This document shows, piece by piece, positions 54,055 to 64,000 of a stretch of 64,000 bases of DNA. Each line of letters opens with the position of its first letter. Within the stretch, counting starts at the first letter, position 1. This stretch comes from Camelus ferus (lineage: Eukaryota), in contig NC_045697.1 of the NCBI RefSeq assembly GCF_009834535.1, forward strand, positions 26,414,001 to 26,478,000. The letters are read 5' to 3'. The translations under genes and the position numbers were made by a program. The notes below the pieces were generated by a model. That model saw only the letters and a program-made list of their open reading frames with translations. It was not told the DNA's origin and made no database searches.

Positions 54055-54385
54055 GGCCATGGCCTCCCATCTAGGATTCGCATGTACCATCATACCCCAT
54101 ATGTAGTTGGAGGCAGGCTACCAAGTTCTGCCCAAAATATGTCAACAGAAGTGATCTGCAAGCATCCAAGTCTCTCCATCTCTTTTCTCCTTCTACAGGC
54201 TAGAACTTGGAATCATGGATAAGCCTTCTCTGATTACCTGGATGGTGAAAATGCAACAACAGAGAAGCAATCAGGTCCTTGAATGACCTCAGGAAGCAGA
54301 GTCACTTACCCACTTTGACCAGCAGCCTTCCTGCCATTTGGGGGTCTTATTTTACCAAAGCTTATCTAGTATCCTAACTAACACA
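54055..54385 (+). mobile_element. Degraded MLT1J-like LTR
   Basis: cagaagtgatctgc..ggtccttgaatgacc..; ends tcctaactaacaca. Confidence 0.55.
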
Positions 54386-54986
54386 AAGACCAAACTAAGA
54401 CAGCTTTATTTAGCATGGAGAAGAGAAGAATGATTTTTGAGTTTTTGAAGAAATCAAATAACAAGACTGGGTGACTGATGGATTCTGGCAGGAGAGGGAG
54501 ATGAAGGAATGGAAAATGACCCTGAGGTTTTCAGCTTAGGGAGTGGGGATGAGGGTAATGCCATAAATCAAGTAAAAGATGGTTATATGAGGGAGGAGAG
54601 TGAAACAATGACATGTTATGAATATGTTAAAATGGAGCTGCCTCTGTGCCATCAGGGTAAAGATTTCCAATAAATTTTCTATTCACTGCTTCAACTAGAA
54701 AAGCTACAAGTGGATCTGTGATTTATACATTGGCCTTCAATATAAGATTTCATAGTTCTTTGTCTAAAAATAACTGTGTAGTTCATAGGAAAGGTAGAAA
54801 TCTCTCATGCAGATAGAAATAAAAATTCACAGATGATAGACAGATGTATTTATCTTACATTTATAGACACATAGACAATATATCTGCACTATTTACAAAT
54901 AAAACACATCTCTTGTCTTTTTGTTAGAGTAGACATTCATATTAGTTTACCACATTACTTGAATAAAGAATGCACATTTTAGGAGC

Positions 54987-55599
54987 TGAAGGAGGCAGGG
55001 AGCTAGGGAACTGAAACTAGAACCTGTTGCCTAGAGACTTCTTTAAAGGTTTAAAATTAACCTAAAGTTGGCCTTAGGTGAAAATTCTGCTTGAGTAGTG
55101 GAAAAAGCTCCCTCGCAGAACACAAAGCCCTGACATGATGTGATTTCTATTTCCATGTTGTTTAAGGAGCCCACTTGTTTGACTCGCTTGCTCAACCTAG
55201 CTTGACTACATTGTTTGAGGGTCCCTGGTTACCTGATTCTGTTTTTGCAGAGTATTTGTTCCACAGAGCAGAACAAACTGGACAGCAAGCAGGAAAAGAG
55301 CAGTCAATGGGAGGAGACAAGAAGCCACAAAGAAGACAGGTAAAAAGACCTAGTCAAGACCCTAAAAGTAGAAGTTCTTACATGAAGCCACCTGGGCTTA
55401 CAAGCTCCCCCACTCGCATGTCTTTGTATTCGAGTGTCTTTTTCTCTTTTCCTGTTTTGAGCAATAAAGCTGCTTTCACTCTTCCCCTTTGTCTGCCGTG
55501 TGAATTCTTTCACCACAGGAAAACAAGAACCCACTCTTTAGCGTTTTCCTTCTTTTAGGGGGATTCCTCCCTTTTAGGGGGCTTCCCCATTCACTAACA
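54987..55599 (+). mobile_element. Solo LTR, ERV1-type (613 bp)
   Basis: TG...CA termini; 4-bp TSD GAGC (54983-54986 and 55600-55603); AATAAA at 55463; TATA-like gtaaaaaga near 55340. Confidence 0.88.
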
Positions 55600-55899
55600 G
55601 AGCTGTGAGCATTCTGAAATGTTACTTAAATACCCATCACTCTAATTACAGGGAGTGCCTAGTTTCCCCAAAAAGTTTTTAAAAATCAGTATCTCTTCTT
55701 CTTAAACTTTCACTAAAGAAATATCTCAACACATTTTTAAATGTTAAACTATGTTTAAATACTTTTTTACAGTAGCAGTTTTTCCTTAAGATAGTCTTCA
55801 TAACACAAAAATAGTGAAATATTTCCTGCCTTACAAATTTCACCCATAAATGTATGCACTTGCACACACACTACACAATGCAAATGCACATGCACTCAT

Positions 55900-55931
<32 letters not shown>
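55900..55931. repeat. (CA)n microsatellite
   Basis: About 15 CA units. Confidence 0.97.
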
Positions 55932-55933
<2 letters not shown>

Positions 55934-57077
55934 CACAACAACCCCTGAAGTGAGATCAGTAGCATCAGGAACTTCAGCCTGAAAGCAAGACCTTTTACAG
56001 TCTCATTAACAAGAGAATAAAGATCTTTGGGGGAAAAAGTGCTTTTATAGCTCTCAAAAGTGTTATGATACACCATAATGTGGCTGAGTTAATTGTGGCC
56101 CACCGAGCAAGGAACTTAATGAAGTCAGACATGAGGGTTAATGGACATGTGGGTCTTTTGTCTGCTGCTACTCTCCTGTTAAGGCCAAGAGCAACGAGAT
56201 AATGAGAGAAGAGAAGGAAGCAACGTGGACAAAGCAGTCACACCAGAGTAGACGTCCCTGGGCTACCAGATAATCACAGGTGGAAAAGAGAATCTCTCTT
56301 CCACATCTGTGAAATAGGTCATCTACAACTGAGTCACGCTATATTCTCCGTAAAGAAGGGTAGCTTTGCACTCCTAAAACTGAGGATAGGAATGGCTTAA
56401 AAACCAGTAGGAGTGCTTTTAGTATTCACATTCAGTGTTGCAAAGGACGGGGCAGTTGTGAAAGAAAATAGAGCATTCTTATTTTATTGTTCGTGTTTTG
56501 TTTTCCAATAAAAGTGAAATTGGGTAAAGGGTGAAGAAGCTTTACTGCTTTAAAGTGATTTTCCAAAGAAATTCAAGAGAATGGCACCTGAACATGGGCC
56601 ATTATTCTCAAGACCTAGAGCTTGTTTTTGGAAACTGTCATCATAAATCACAAATGAATTTGGTGATGCTCGACATATCATAAGCAATGCCCATATGAGA
56701 AATTTTCTCCTATATCATTTTATTCCATCAGTAAATAGCCTCATTTATTCCTTCAAATGTAGAAATCTTTTTATTCATCACTTCTATACCATATCCTATT
56801 TCACGTCCTATCCTATATTATATCCTGGAAAACTAGCTCATTGAGGCATGCTAGGTTTGAAATTTGGAATATAAAAATAATCCATTTTCAACAAGGCAAG
56901 CAATTTCTTCTTTAAAGTATAATTATGAAGTGTTTAAATGTATTTACAATTAGGAATATTGCAAAGAGGTTCTTCAACTATTTAATTAGTTATATAAGAG
57001 AATAGACATGTGTTTTTACATAACCCTTCATGTTGTAGGAAATTCAATGACTAAAGTTGTAAACAAATCTTCAATTT

Positions 57078-57218
57078 ATTGTATTATTTAATTATTTTCT
57101 TTTGGCCGGGGAAGGTAATTAGGTTTATTTTTGGAGGGGGTACTGGGGATTGAACCCTGGACCTTGTGCCTGCTAAGCATGCTCTCTACCACTTGAGCTA
57201 TACCCTACCCACTCCCCA
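57078..57218 (-). mobile_element. tRNA-derived SINE (camelid vic-1 type)
   Basis: Minus strand reads gggtatagctcaagtggtagagagcatgcttagcaggcacaaggtccagggttcaatccccagtacc..aataaacctaattacc; TSD caaatcttca(a/t)ttt at 57064 and 57220. Confidence 0.92.
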
Positions 57219-57829
57219 GCAAATCTTCATTTTAAAATAAAATACACATGGAATAATGATAATGGAAAGATTTCTTATTCTTTGCCAGGCTTATTTCAAA
57301 CTTTAGCGTCAATCAGTCAGTACTTCTTCATCAAAGATTTCACAAACACCATACTGACAAATGTGAGTGGTAAATTCGGAGTGAAGACAAGACTAGACAT
57401 AGATTCCAGCTGGATAAATGTATCAAGGCTTAGTTACTTAAATGTAATGGAGGGAAGTCAGCACCATCATGATATATGATAGATATTTTCTATTGCCAAA
57501 TTGAGTATAAGCATTCAGGTTCCCCCAAAAGAGCCACATACCAGTGGACACACATATTTGTGAGTTAAGGGTGACCTCAGAACTGCTGGTTGCTCAGTGG
57601 TCCTTCTGTGTCCGTATTTATGTACAAAAGGTCAGAATATTTATGTGCACAGGTTAATCTGAATATGTTGGTGACCAGCTTACTTGGGCCAGTCCTCCTT
57701 ATCTCTCTTTGGGATTATGCAATATACAATGTGACTATAGAGCAAAGTGCATACATTTTGATATAAACTCAGTTCTCATTTATTACCCTCAGCCTCCCTC
57801 GTCTAACAAAGCCTCCTATAAGGACTTAC

Positions 57830-57924
57830 CTGAGCTAAAAGCTGCAGCATTATAACCCAGATGAGTTATGAGATGCTCTGGCAGTTGTGTTAGTGGAGCC
57901 CTTTGACTACCTTAAGGAATAATC
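57830..57924 (-). other. Candidate 95-nt spliced exon (non-coding or decayed)
   Basis: attcttacag|G ... CAG|gtaagt consensus splice sites; best frame IIP*GSQRAPLTQLPEHLITHLGYNAAAFSS. Confidence 0.3.
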
Positions 57925-57964
57925 CTGTAAGAATTCACCATGCATAATCTATTGCATGGACAGC

Positions 57965-58160
57965 TTTGTATAATGGGAAAACATAAATTTAGGAACCAGG
58001 TCCAAATCTTGAGTCCACCACTTACTTAGTCATCTATATAACTTAGAGAAACTTTCTTAAGTTTCTGAGGCTCAATTTTATCATTTTCTAAAGGTTATAA
58101 TAGTATTTACCACTCAGTGTTGTGGGATGAAATGATTTAAAGTATATAGAAAGCCTGGCC
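57965..58160 (+). mobile_element. MIR SINE
   Basis: ggtccaaatcttgagtccaccacttac..ctcaattttatcatt..ttgtgggatgaaatga. Confidence 0.65.
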
Positions 58161-60819
58161 AAGAATAAAGTAAGGATACAAAAAATGTGTGCTCTCTTTT
58201 TCCCTCCATTTCCTCACCTACATTAAGGTGAAGTCATCACTTTTATTCTCAAAATACTTAGTATCTAATTGTGGAGAAAAGAGTTTTATTCTGATAATGA
58301 TATTAACTTCGATTGTCATCTTTATTTAGGAGGCTGCTGTATGCCAAGCAATAACCTGAATACAATATGTGAAATCTCTCATTTAATCTTCACAAACTTA
58401 AGAGGTAGGTACTGTTGTTGTCTTGACATTTTTCAAATAAAATTTGAATTGGTTAGCTTTGCTATGGTAACAACCCCTGAACTGGTAGTTTTCAATAATA
58501 AAGAACAAGGCATTTTTTTACAAATGCTGCTACAGCTCTACTCCATGTGTTTTCTCCTAATAAAAGGCTGAAGCTCAGAGAGAGAAAAAAGAGAGAGAGA
58601 GAGGAACGTGAACCACTCAATTGCTTTTAAAGATTCTGCTTGAACGTTTATGCTACTGGAAGAGCAAATCTCATGGTCAGTTTTGACATGGGCAGAGAAA
58701 TACACTCCACCTACAGGAAAAACAGGACAAAGTCACACTGTTACAGGTAGAGAGATTTATAGTCTACCACAAGGTTAAACAATATGCCTAAAGCTACACC
58801 CTAACAACTGGGAAAGCCTGTTTAAGAATATCAATGGAGAGTCCCTACTCTTAACTAATCATCCTAAGCATCACATGACTGGTGATGAGGTAGATGAGGT
58901 AGATAAGAATTGATAAAGAGACAATAAATTGATAAAATAGAGAAAAAAGAGATAAAAGAGACAAGAGCTTTACCAGTTACTATGACATTCTTCACAAAAG
59001 TAGACAGATGGAATAGACAATTTTATTTGGACTAGAACATTGTAAAAGGGAATAATGGGACATATATATAGAAGGAAAGGCTGTAGCCAGATTTGGAAGG
59101 ATTGGAAATCCAACCTGATTGTTTTACTTTGTCCTGTAGTTTCTGGTTAGTTACAGAGGAAGGCTTCATATTAGAGGAATTTTATTAGCATTTCAGTCTG
59201 TATCTGTCTTTCAAAAGATATGCTTAAATGACAGTAGCTTAAGGGAGGGCATTGTGGTAATTCTAAGTGACACATGGAAAAAAACAAAGTATTTGTAGCA
59301 CAGGAATGCCTTAATTAGGGTTATTGAAAGACCGTGAATTTGAATCCTTCACATGGCTTGTGTAAGAGTTACTTCTCTAAATATTCCTTGGTTGATATAT
59401 GTATTGTCATTCCTCTAATTTTTTAAGAGAAATATCAGTTATTTTAATCATTAAAGTTTATATTTCTTAAAAAAAAACCTTAAGGATAAATTCCAATTAT
59501 TAAAATCTGGTATGTAGTGGTAAAATTCGTATGTGTTTCATTTTATTTAAGTAAACAATTTTATTCTTCTTTTGGGACTCAGGAGAAAAGGCAACATTGG
59601 CTGATTTCAAATGAAACAGAAACCTATATTTCAGAGACCACTGGAGTGAGAAAAACTAGGATTTCAAAACAAAGAAACACCCCTTCAACCTTAACACATA
59701 TATCATCGACTCTGTAATTACCTATTTATTTTGCTCCCACTCAGGAAATAGTTTTCAATTATGTTTTTATTCACTTTGATTCGGGAACCAATTGATATGT
59801 AAAAGGCTAAAACCGAAAATGTCTTGTTTTAACTGAATCGTGTACTCTTTAGCTGTAATTATCTATGACACTTGTACCATTCCCCTAATAAATATCTTGA
59901 CAATTCCAAACTCCAGCTAGTAGTCAGTCACCATTATCTGTATAAAGTTTGCACTATGGCTCTGTGTTCCACACAAAGTCTGTGTCCTCTACGTTACAAC
60001 AAATGAGAGGAGATAGGCTGTTAACAGTAAGGGCTTGAGACCAGAGGATCTAGAATGAGGTCAGCCTGCATTTCAGCAGCAGCTCTTTCATTTAATAGCT
60101 TAGTGGGTACCTAAGCCCTAGGGTCTCATTTGTAATAGTAAGAATATCCATTTCATAGAATTTTGCAACATAAGTGAAATAACGCATTTTGTCACGGCAA
60201 CAATTTCCAGTAAGAACCTCTTTAACCACATATCTTTAAGTAACTACATATTTTGCTCCTACTTAGTAAACTCAGAATTTGGATCCTTTTCTCAAAGATA
60301 AAGACAGTAGATGTAAACCATGTTTTCCCCTTCATTCTAAAACCACAGACTGAGTACAAATGTGCCTGAGACTTATCTTCTGGGGAGAAAGGGCTGAGGC
60401 TGGCTTGTTCCCTGCCCTTATGAAGTTTTCAGTCTAGAAAGGGAACTTACAGGCAGACTATCTCCCACTATAATGGAAGATGCATTCATGATCCTTGATT
60501 AAGTCTCTTTAGTTACTTTCTTAACTCAGGAATCTTCATTTTCCTTAGGAAGTCTATACTTCACAGCTCAGATCATAACTATACACTTTTGTTCTAGATC
60601 CCAAAGTCTTTATGGGCTTTCCTATTTTTTGAAGTCTTTACACGACCTCAAACAGTGCTAAAGTAATTAATATAAACTCAGAAAGGTCCAATGTTTATCT
60701 ACAAATTTAATAGTAATCTAAAGAGCCTACTCACATTGCTCTTGCTGTAATCATTATTTGTCACTATTTCTAAGGTTTTATCTCTTCTAAGCCTAAAACA
60801 GACAACATTCAATCCATTA

Positions 60820-61380
60820 TATTCACTCATTTATTAATCTAATTTGTGTGTTGAACAGTTATTGAGTGCATCTTTTATGCCAGGCACTGTGCCAGACACT
60901 GGAAATAAAATAATGTACAATACATAGAGTTTTCCTGACCTTGAGGAATTTGTTCTACTGAGGAAAACACAATTAGAAAAAAACTGACAAATTACCGTAT
61001 GGACTTAGAAGAAGAAAACCTGACTTCTGTGATAGAAAACAAAACATGGCAGGGTTGGGGTAATCATTACATAGCATATGAAGGAAAACTTTTCTGGGGA
61101 GAAGGCATTTTTCAACTGAGACCAAGGGATGAGAAGAAACTGTTTACGTGAGGAACCTTCCCAGTGGGTAAATTGACAGACACAGGGACTTTGAGATGGG
61201 AGACAACTTGACAGGTCTGAGAACTTGAAGATGGCCAGAGTTACTGGTTAGCACAAGCTAAGGTAGAAAAGCATGAGATGAGTTGAGAGGTAGGCAAGGA
61301 CAGGTGATGCAGGACCACACAGGCCATGGTAAAGACTTTGGATGGATGTTAGGAAATCACTGAGGTGCTCTAAACCTCAA
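60820..61380 (-). mobile_element. L2 fragment
   Basis: ttattgagtgcatcttttatgccaggcactgtgccagacactgg..ggccatggtaaagactttgga. Confidence 0.8.
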
Positions 61381-61407
61381 AGATGCAATTACTTTTACAA
61401 TTGTGTA

Positions 61408-61670
61408 AATAACAGCTAACATTTAAATGCTCTTACCAAGTACCAAGAATTGTTCCAAACACTTTTACAGATGTTATTAACTTATTTAATCCCCATAACA
61501 ACCCTTTGAAATAGGTGCTATTATCATTTCATTTTATAGAAGAGAAAATTGAGTTATTGTGAGATTAAGTATCTTGCCTAAGATTCCAAGCTAATAAGTA
61601 GTAGAACTGAGAGTCAAACCCAGGCAGTCTATCTCCAGAATCTGAGTTCTATTTCTTACTATGTTGCATT
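61408..61670 (-). mobile_element. MIR SINE, near full length
   Basis: aataacagctaacattt..atttaatccccataacaaccct..attttatagaagagaaaattgag..caaacccaggcagtct. Confidence 0.88.
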
Positions 61671-62237
61671 AGTTTGTGGGTCTTGTCCAAACTTGAAATC
61701 AGGAATGTTGAGTAAACATCTGCCCTGCATCAGTGGGAAGAGCATTCTAGTTCTTCCTCTATCTCAACATACTGTAGATGTTTTTGCTACTAAAAATCAC
61801 AGACTTTAACCACTTAAAGAGACAAACAAATTTCTTTATGTGATATTCATAATGAGACTTTAAAAGGATAACTAACTCATCTCAGGTGGCACAACTACTA
61901 CATAGCCATCATAAACACCAGTAGGACTTGGTAGGGCAGACATAATTTTTAAGCAATGAATGCTCAAATATATTTGAACATTCTTATGAAAATCAGTTTG
62001 GGGCTATGTAAACTAATCACAATCTCATGAGATCTTTTTAATAAGTGATGGTTTAAATTATTTGAACTTGGAAAAGCAGCCTTAGATTCCTCTTAAATAC
62101 TGTGCTATATAAACTTAACAACCAGATAAAAATCCTGAAATCGGTTAAAAATATTAAATTGATGCTAGAGAAAATGCAAACAAAGACATTTTACCCAATA
62201 TTTTTCTAAGATCCACACAAGCATAATAGGGGAAATG

Positions 62238-62251
62238 GTTGCTATAGTAAC
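62238..62251. promoter_or_regulatory. RFX X-box motif
   Basis: GTTGCTATAGTAAC fits the palindromic consensus GTYNCY-AT-RGNAAC, in apparently non-repeat DNA. Motif match only. Confidence 0.4.
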
Positions 62252-63039
62252 AAAGGTTTTGTGACATCTAAGAAGGCAACAAGTCTAATAAAGTTAACTG
62301 TCAAGATACTGTGAGGCATTTCAAAACATAAAAGAAGACAATTTCTCATCCTAAAAATACAACAATAGATGAAGCATTCCTTAGACAGACCATGCATTTA
62401 CTGAATCACAAACATTAACTGAGCACTTACTCTGAAACAGGTGGCTTTGCAAAATGCATAAGTTTCTGTCCTTATGGGGCTTATGTTCTAGCCAAGAGAA
62501 CTAGTCAAATATACATCAAACAAATAACAAAATGTCGAAAGACAATCAGGATAAATAAAATTTGTGAGTTCATAAATACAAAAATCAACACAAACTTTGC
62601 TAGCAAAGAAATCAAATCAGTCCTATTCAGGCATTTTAGGGACAAAAAACTTCATGGCTGCTAATCTGGTAGAGCTAAACATGGAGTCAATGTAAACAAT
62701 TTGCAACTCATTTCAAGAAGCAGATGGTAAATGAAAGATGTATTCCTCTGCCAGAATTAAAAACCCACCTTCATTATCATTCAGTGTCTATAGGCATCTC
62801 TCTCAACAGAGGAGAGGTTGGGTATCTGTCAGGCTGGACTAATACAATACCAGTCCTCAAGAGACTTACATAAATGACATAAAAAAACAGAGCAAATTAA
62901 CAGCTGTGTAAAGATATGTAACTGAAGATTGACCAAGTGTAAAAAAAAAAAAAAAAAAGAGTGTTTGACACAGGCACTCACAAAACAGGCTAAAGAAAGT
63001 GGGGACACTTTGTAAGGGAGTATGGAGGCATTCAGGGCA

Positions 63040-63539
63040 CCTGTCCTTGGCAGCGTGTTTTTAGGTCCATTTTACACGCTTGTGCTCTGCTCTGTATCAC
63101 AGTGCTATTGATCCCTGTAGGCTGTGTCTTCCTTATTTTTCTATTAGGTGGCTTGACTAGTTTTAGACAACAAGAAGAAACAGCAGAAGACTGGAGAGTT
63201 AGTGGGAGGAAAGGAGAAGCCAGGGTATGTCTCCCCTGTTCTCTTTTTGCTTACAGTGGGATGCTTCCCTGGCTCCAACTCCTCCTGGACAGCTCCATCA
63301 TAATTCCAGCTCTCACCAGGTCCTCAGCTGACTCCAGGCCCCAGAATTTAGTAACACTACCTCTTTGCTTATCTCTCTACTCCAGAAATAGTAGCGTCTT
63401 CCTGCTTGTCTCTATATTGCCTCAATGTCTCTGCTTGGCTCTCCAGCTTTTCTATAACCTGTATTCATTGCCCTATATTAAATTCCCCATCTGTTTTAAA
63501 GACATATAGGTTTGCTTTTTCCTGGCTGGAACTGATGCA
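63040..63539 (+). mobile_element. LTR33-like ERVL LTR
   Basis: ctctgctctgtatcacag..ggagaagccagggtat..attaaattcc..ttttcctggctggaactgatgca. Confidence 0.7.
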
Positions 63540-63559
63540 GAAAAGGTGGAGAATATTGT

Positions 63560-63810
63560 AGAGGAAACCACATATATTTCAAATCTTTAGTTTGAATCCT
63601 GGTATGTCATTGGGACTGTCTAAACTTGAGAAAGAGCTGTGAACATGATATGCCTCAAGTTCTCATTAATCCATCCTTCCCTTCATTCAACAATCTACAA
63701 ATTGAAAATAATACCTGCCTTCTAGTCTTATTGCGAGGATAAGAAAAAGTCATGCACACGAAGTCTTAGCATTGTGCCTGTCTGATAGTAAGTAGGTCCT
63801 CAGTGAATGA
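63560..63810 (+). mobile_element. MIR SINE
   Basis: tttgaatcctgg..gcctcaagttctcat..ataatacctgcct..ttagcattgtgcctg..tagtaagtagg. Confidence 0.7.
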
Positions 63811-63915
63811 TACTTCATTTCCCTTCATGATTTCCTCTTGCCTCCAAACCATGCCCGTCACACTTACACTTCCTATGCAATGGATCATGCTACGTATAGA
63901 GTCTTGGCTAAGATC

Positions 63916-63947
<32 letters not shown>

Positions 63948-63958
63948 TGTGTGTGTGT
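63916..63958. repeat. (TG)n microsatellite
   Basis: About 21 units with a cgcg interruption. Confidence 0.97.
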
Positions 63959-64000
63959 ATTAAATCAAATTTTAAGATATACATGTATTTCATTTAATCA

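Noticed and set aside
55175..55558. 127-aa ORF
   Set aside because: Lies entirely inside a solo LTR and shows no gag, pol or env similarity.
63102..63509. 135-aa ORF with a signal-peptide-like start
   Set aside because: Lies within an LTR33-like element and has a GTG start; likely a chance frame.
1..64000. CRISPR array, operon or other prokaryotic-type system
   Set aside because: The sequence is mammalian; no regularly spaced repeat-spacer arrays or dense ORFs were seen.

Overview
This is AT-rich, CpG-depleted eutherian genomic DNA, intergenic or intronic in character. A camelid origin (camel/alpaca/llama) is inferred from two tRNA-derived SINEs of the vic-1 type and several young L1 3' ends typical of that lineage. 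No intact, recognisable protein-coding gene, rRNA, true tRNA or CRISPR array is supported; the supplied ORFs are mostly L1 debris or chance frames. A large part of the window is interspersed repeat: L1 of several ages, L2, MIR, a CR1/L3 tail, MaLR/ERVL/ERV1 LTRs, and MER5 and MER2 DNA transposons. Repeat subfamily names come from recalled consensus similarity and boundaries are approximate unless a TSD is given. The best-supported notable structures are: (1) a TSD-bounded L1 3' transduction carrying about 335 bp of foreign sequence (9823-10309); (2) a twin-primed, 5'-inverted L1 inside an MLT1 LTR; (3) ancient-looking L1 3' termini nested inside younger elements; (4) a clean ERV1-type solo LTR. 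More speculative are scattered exon-like segments on both strands and a consensus RFX X-box at 62238, which could mark a decayed gene or lncRNA that I could not identify. I did not find a convincing novel biological system.
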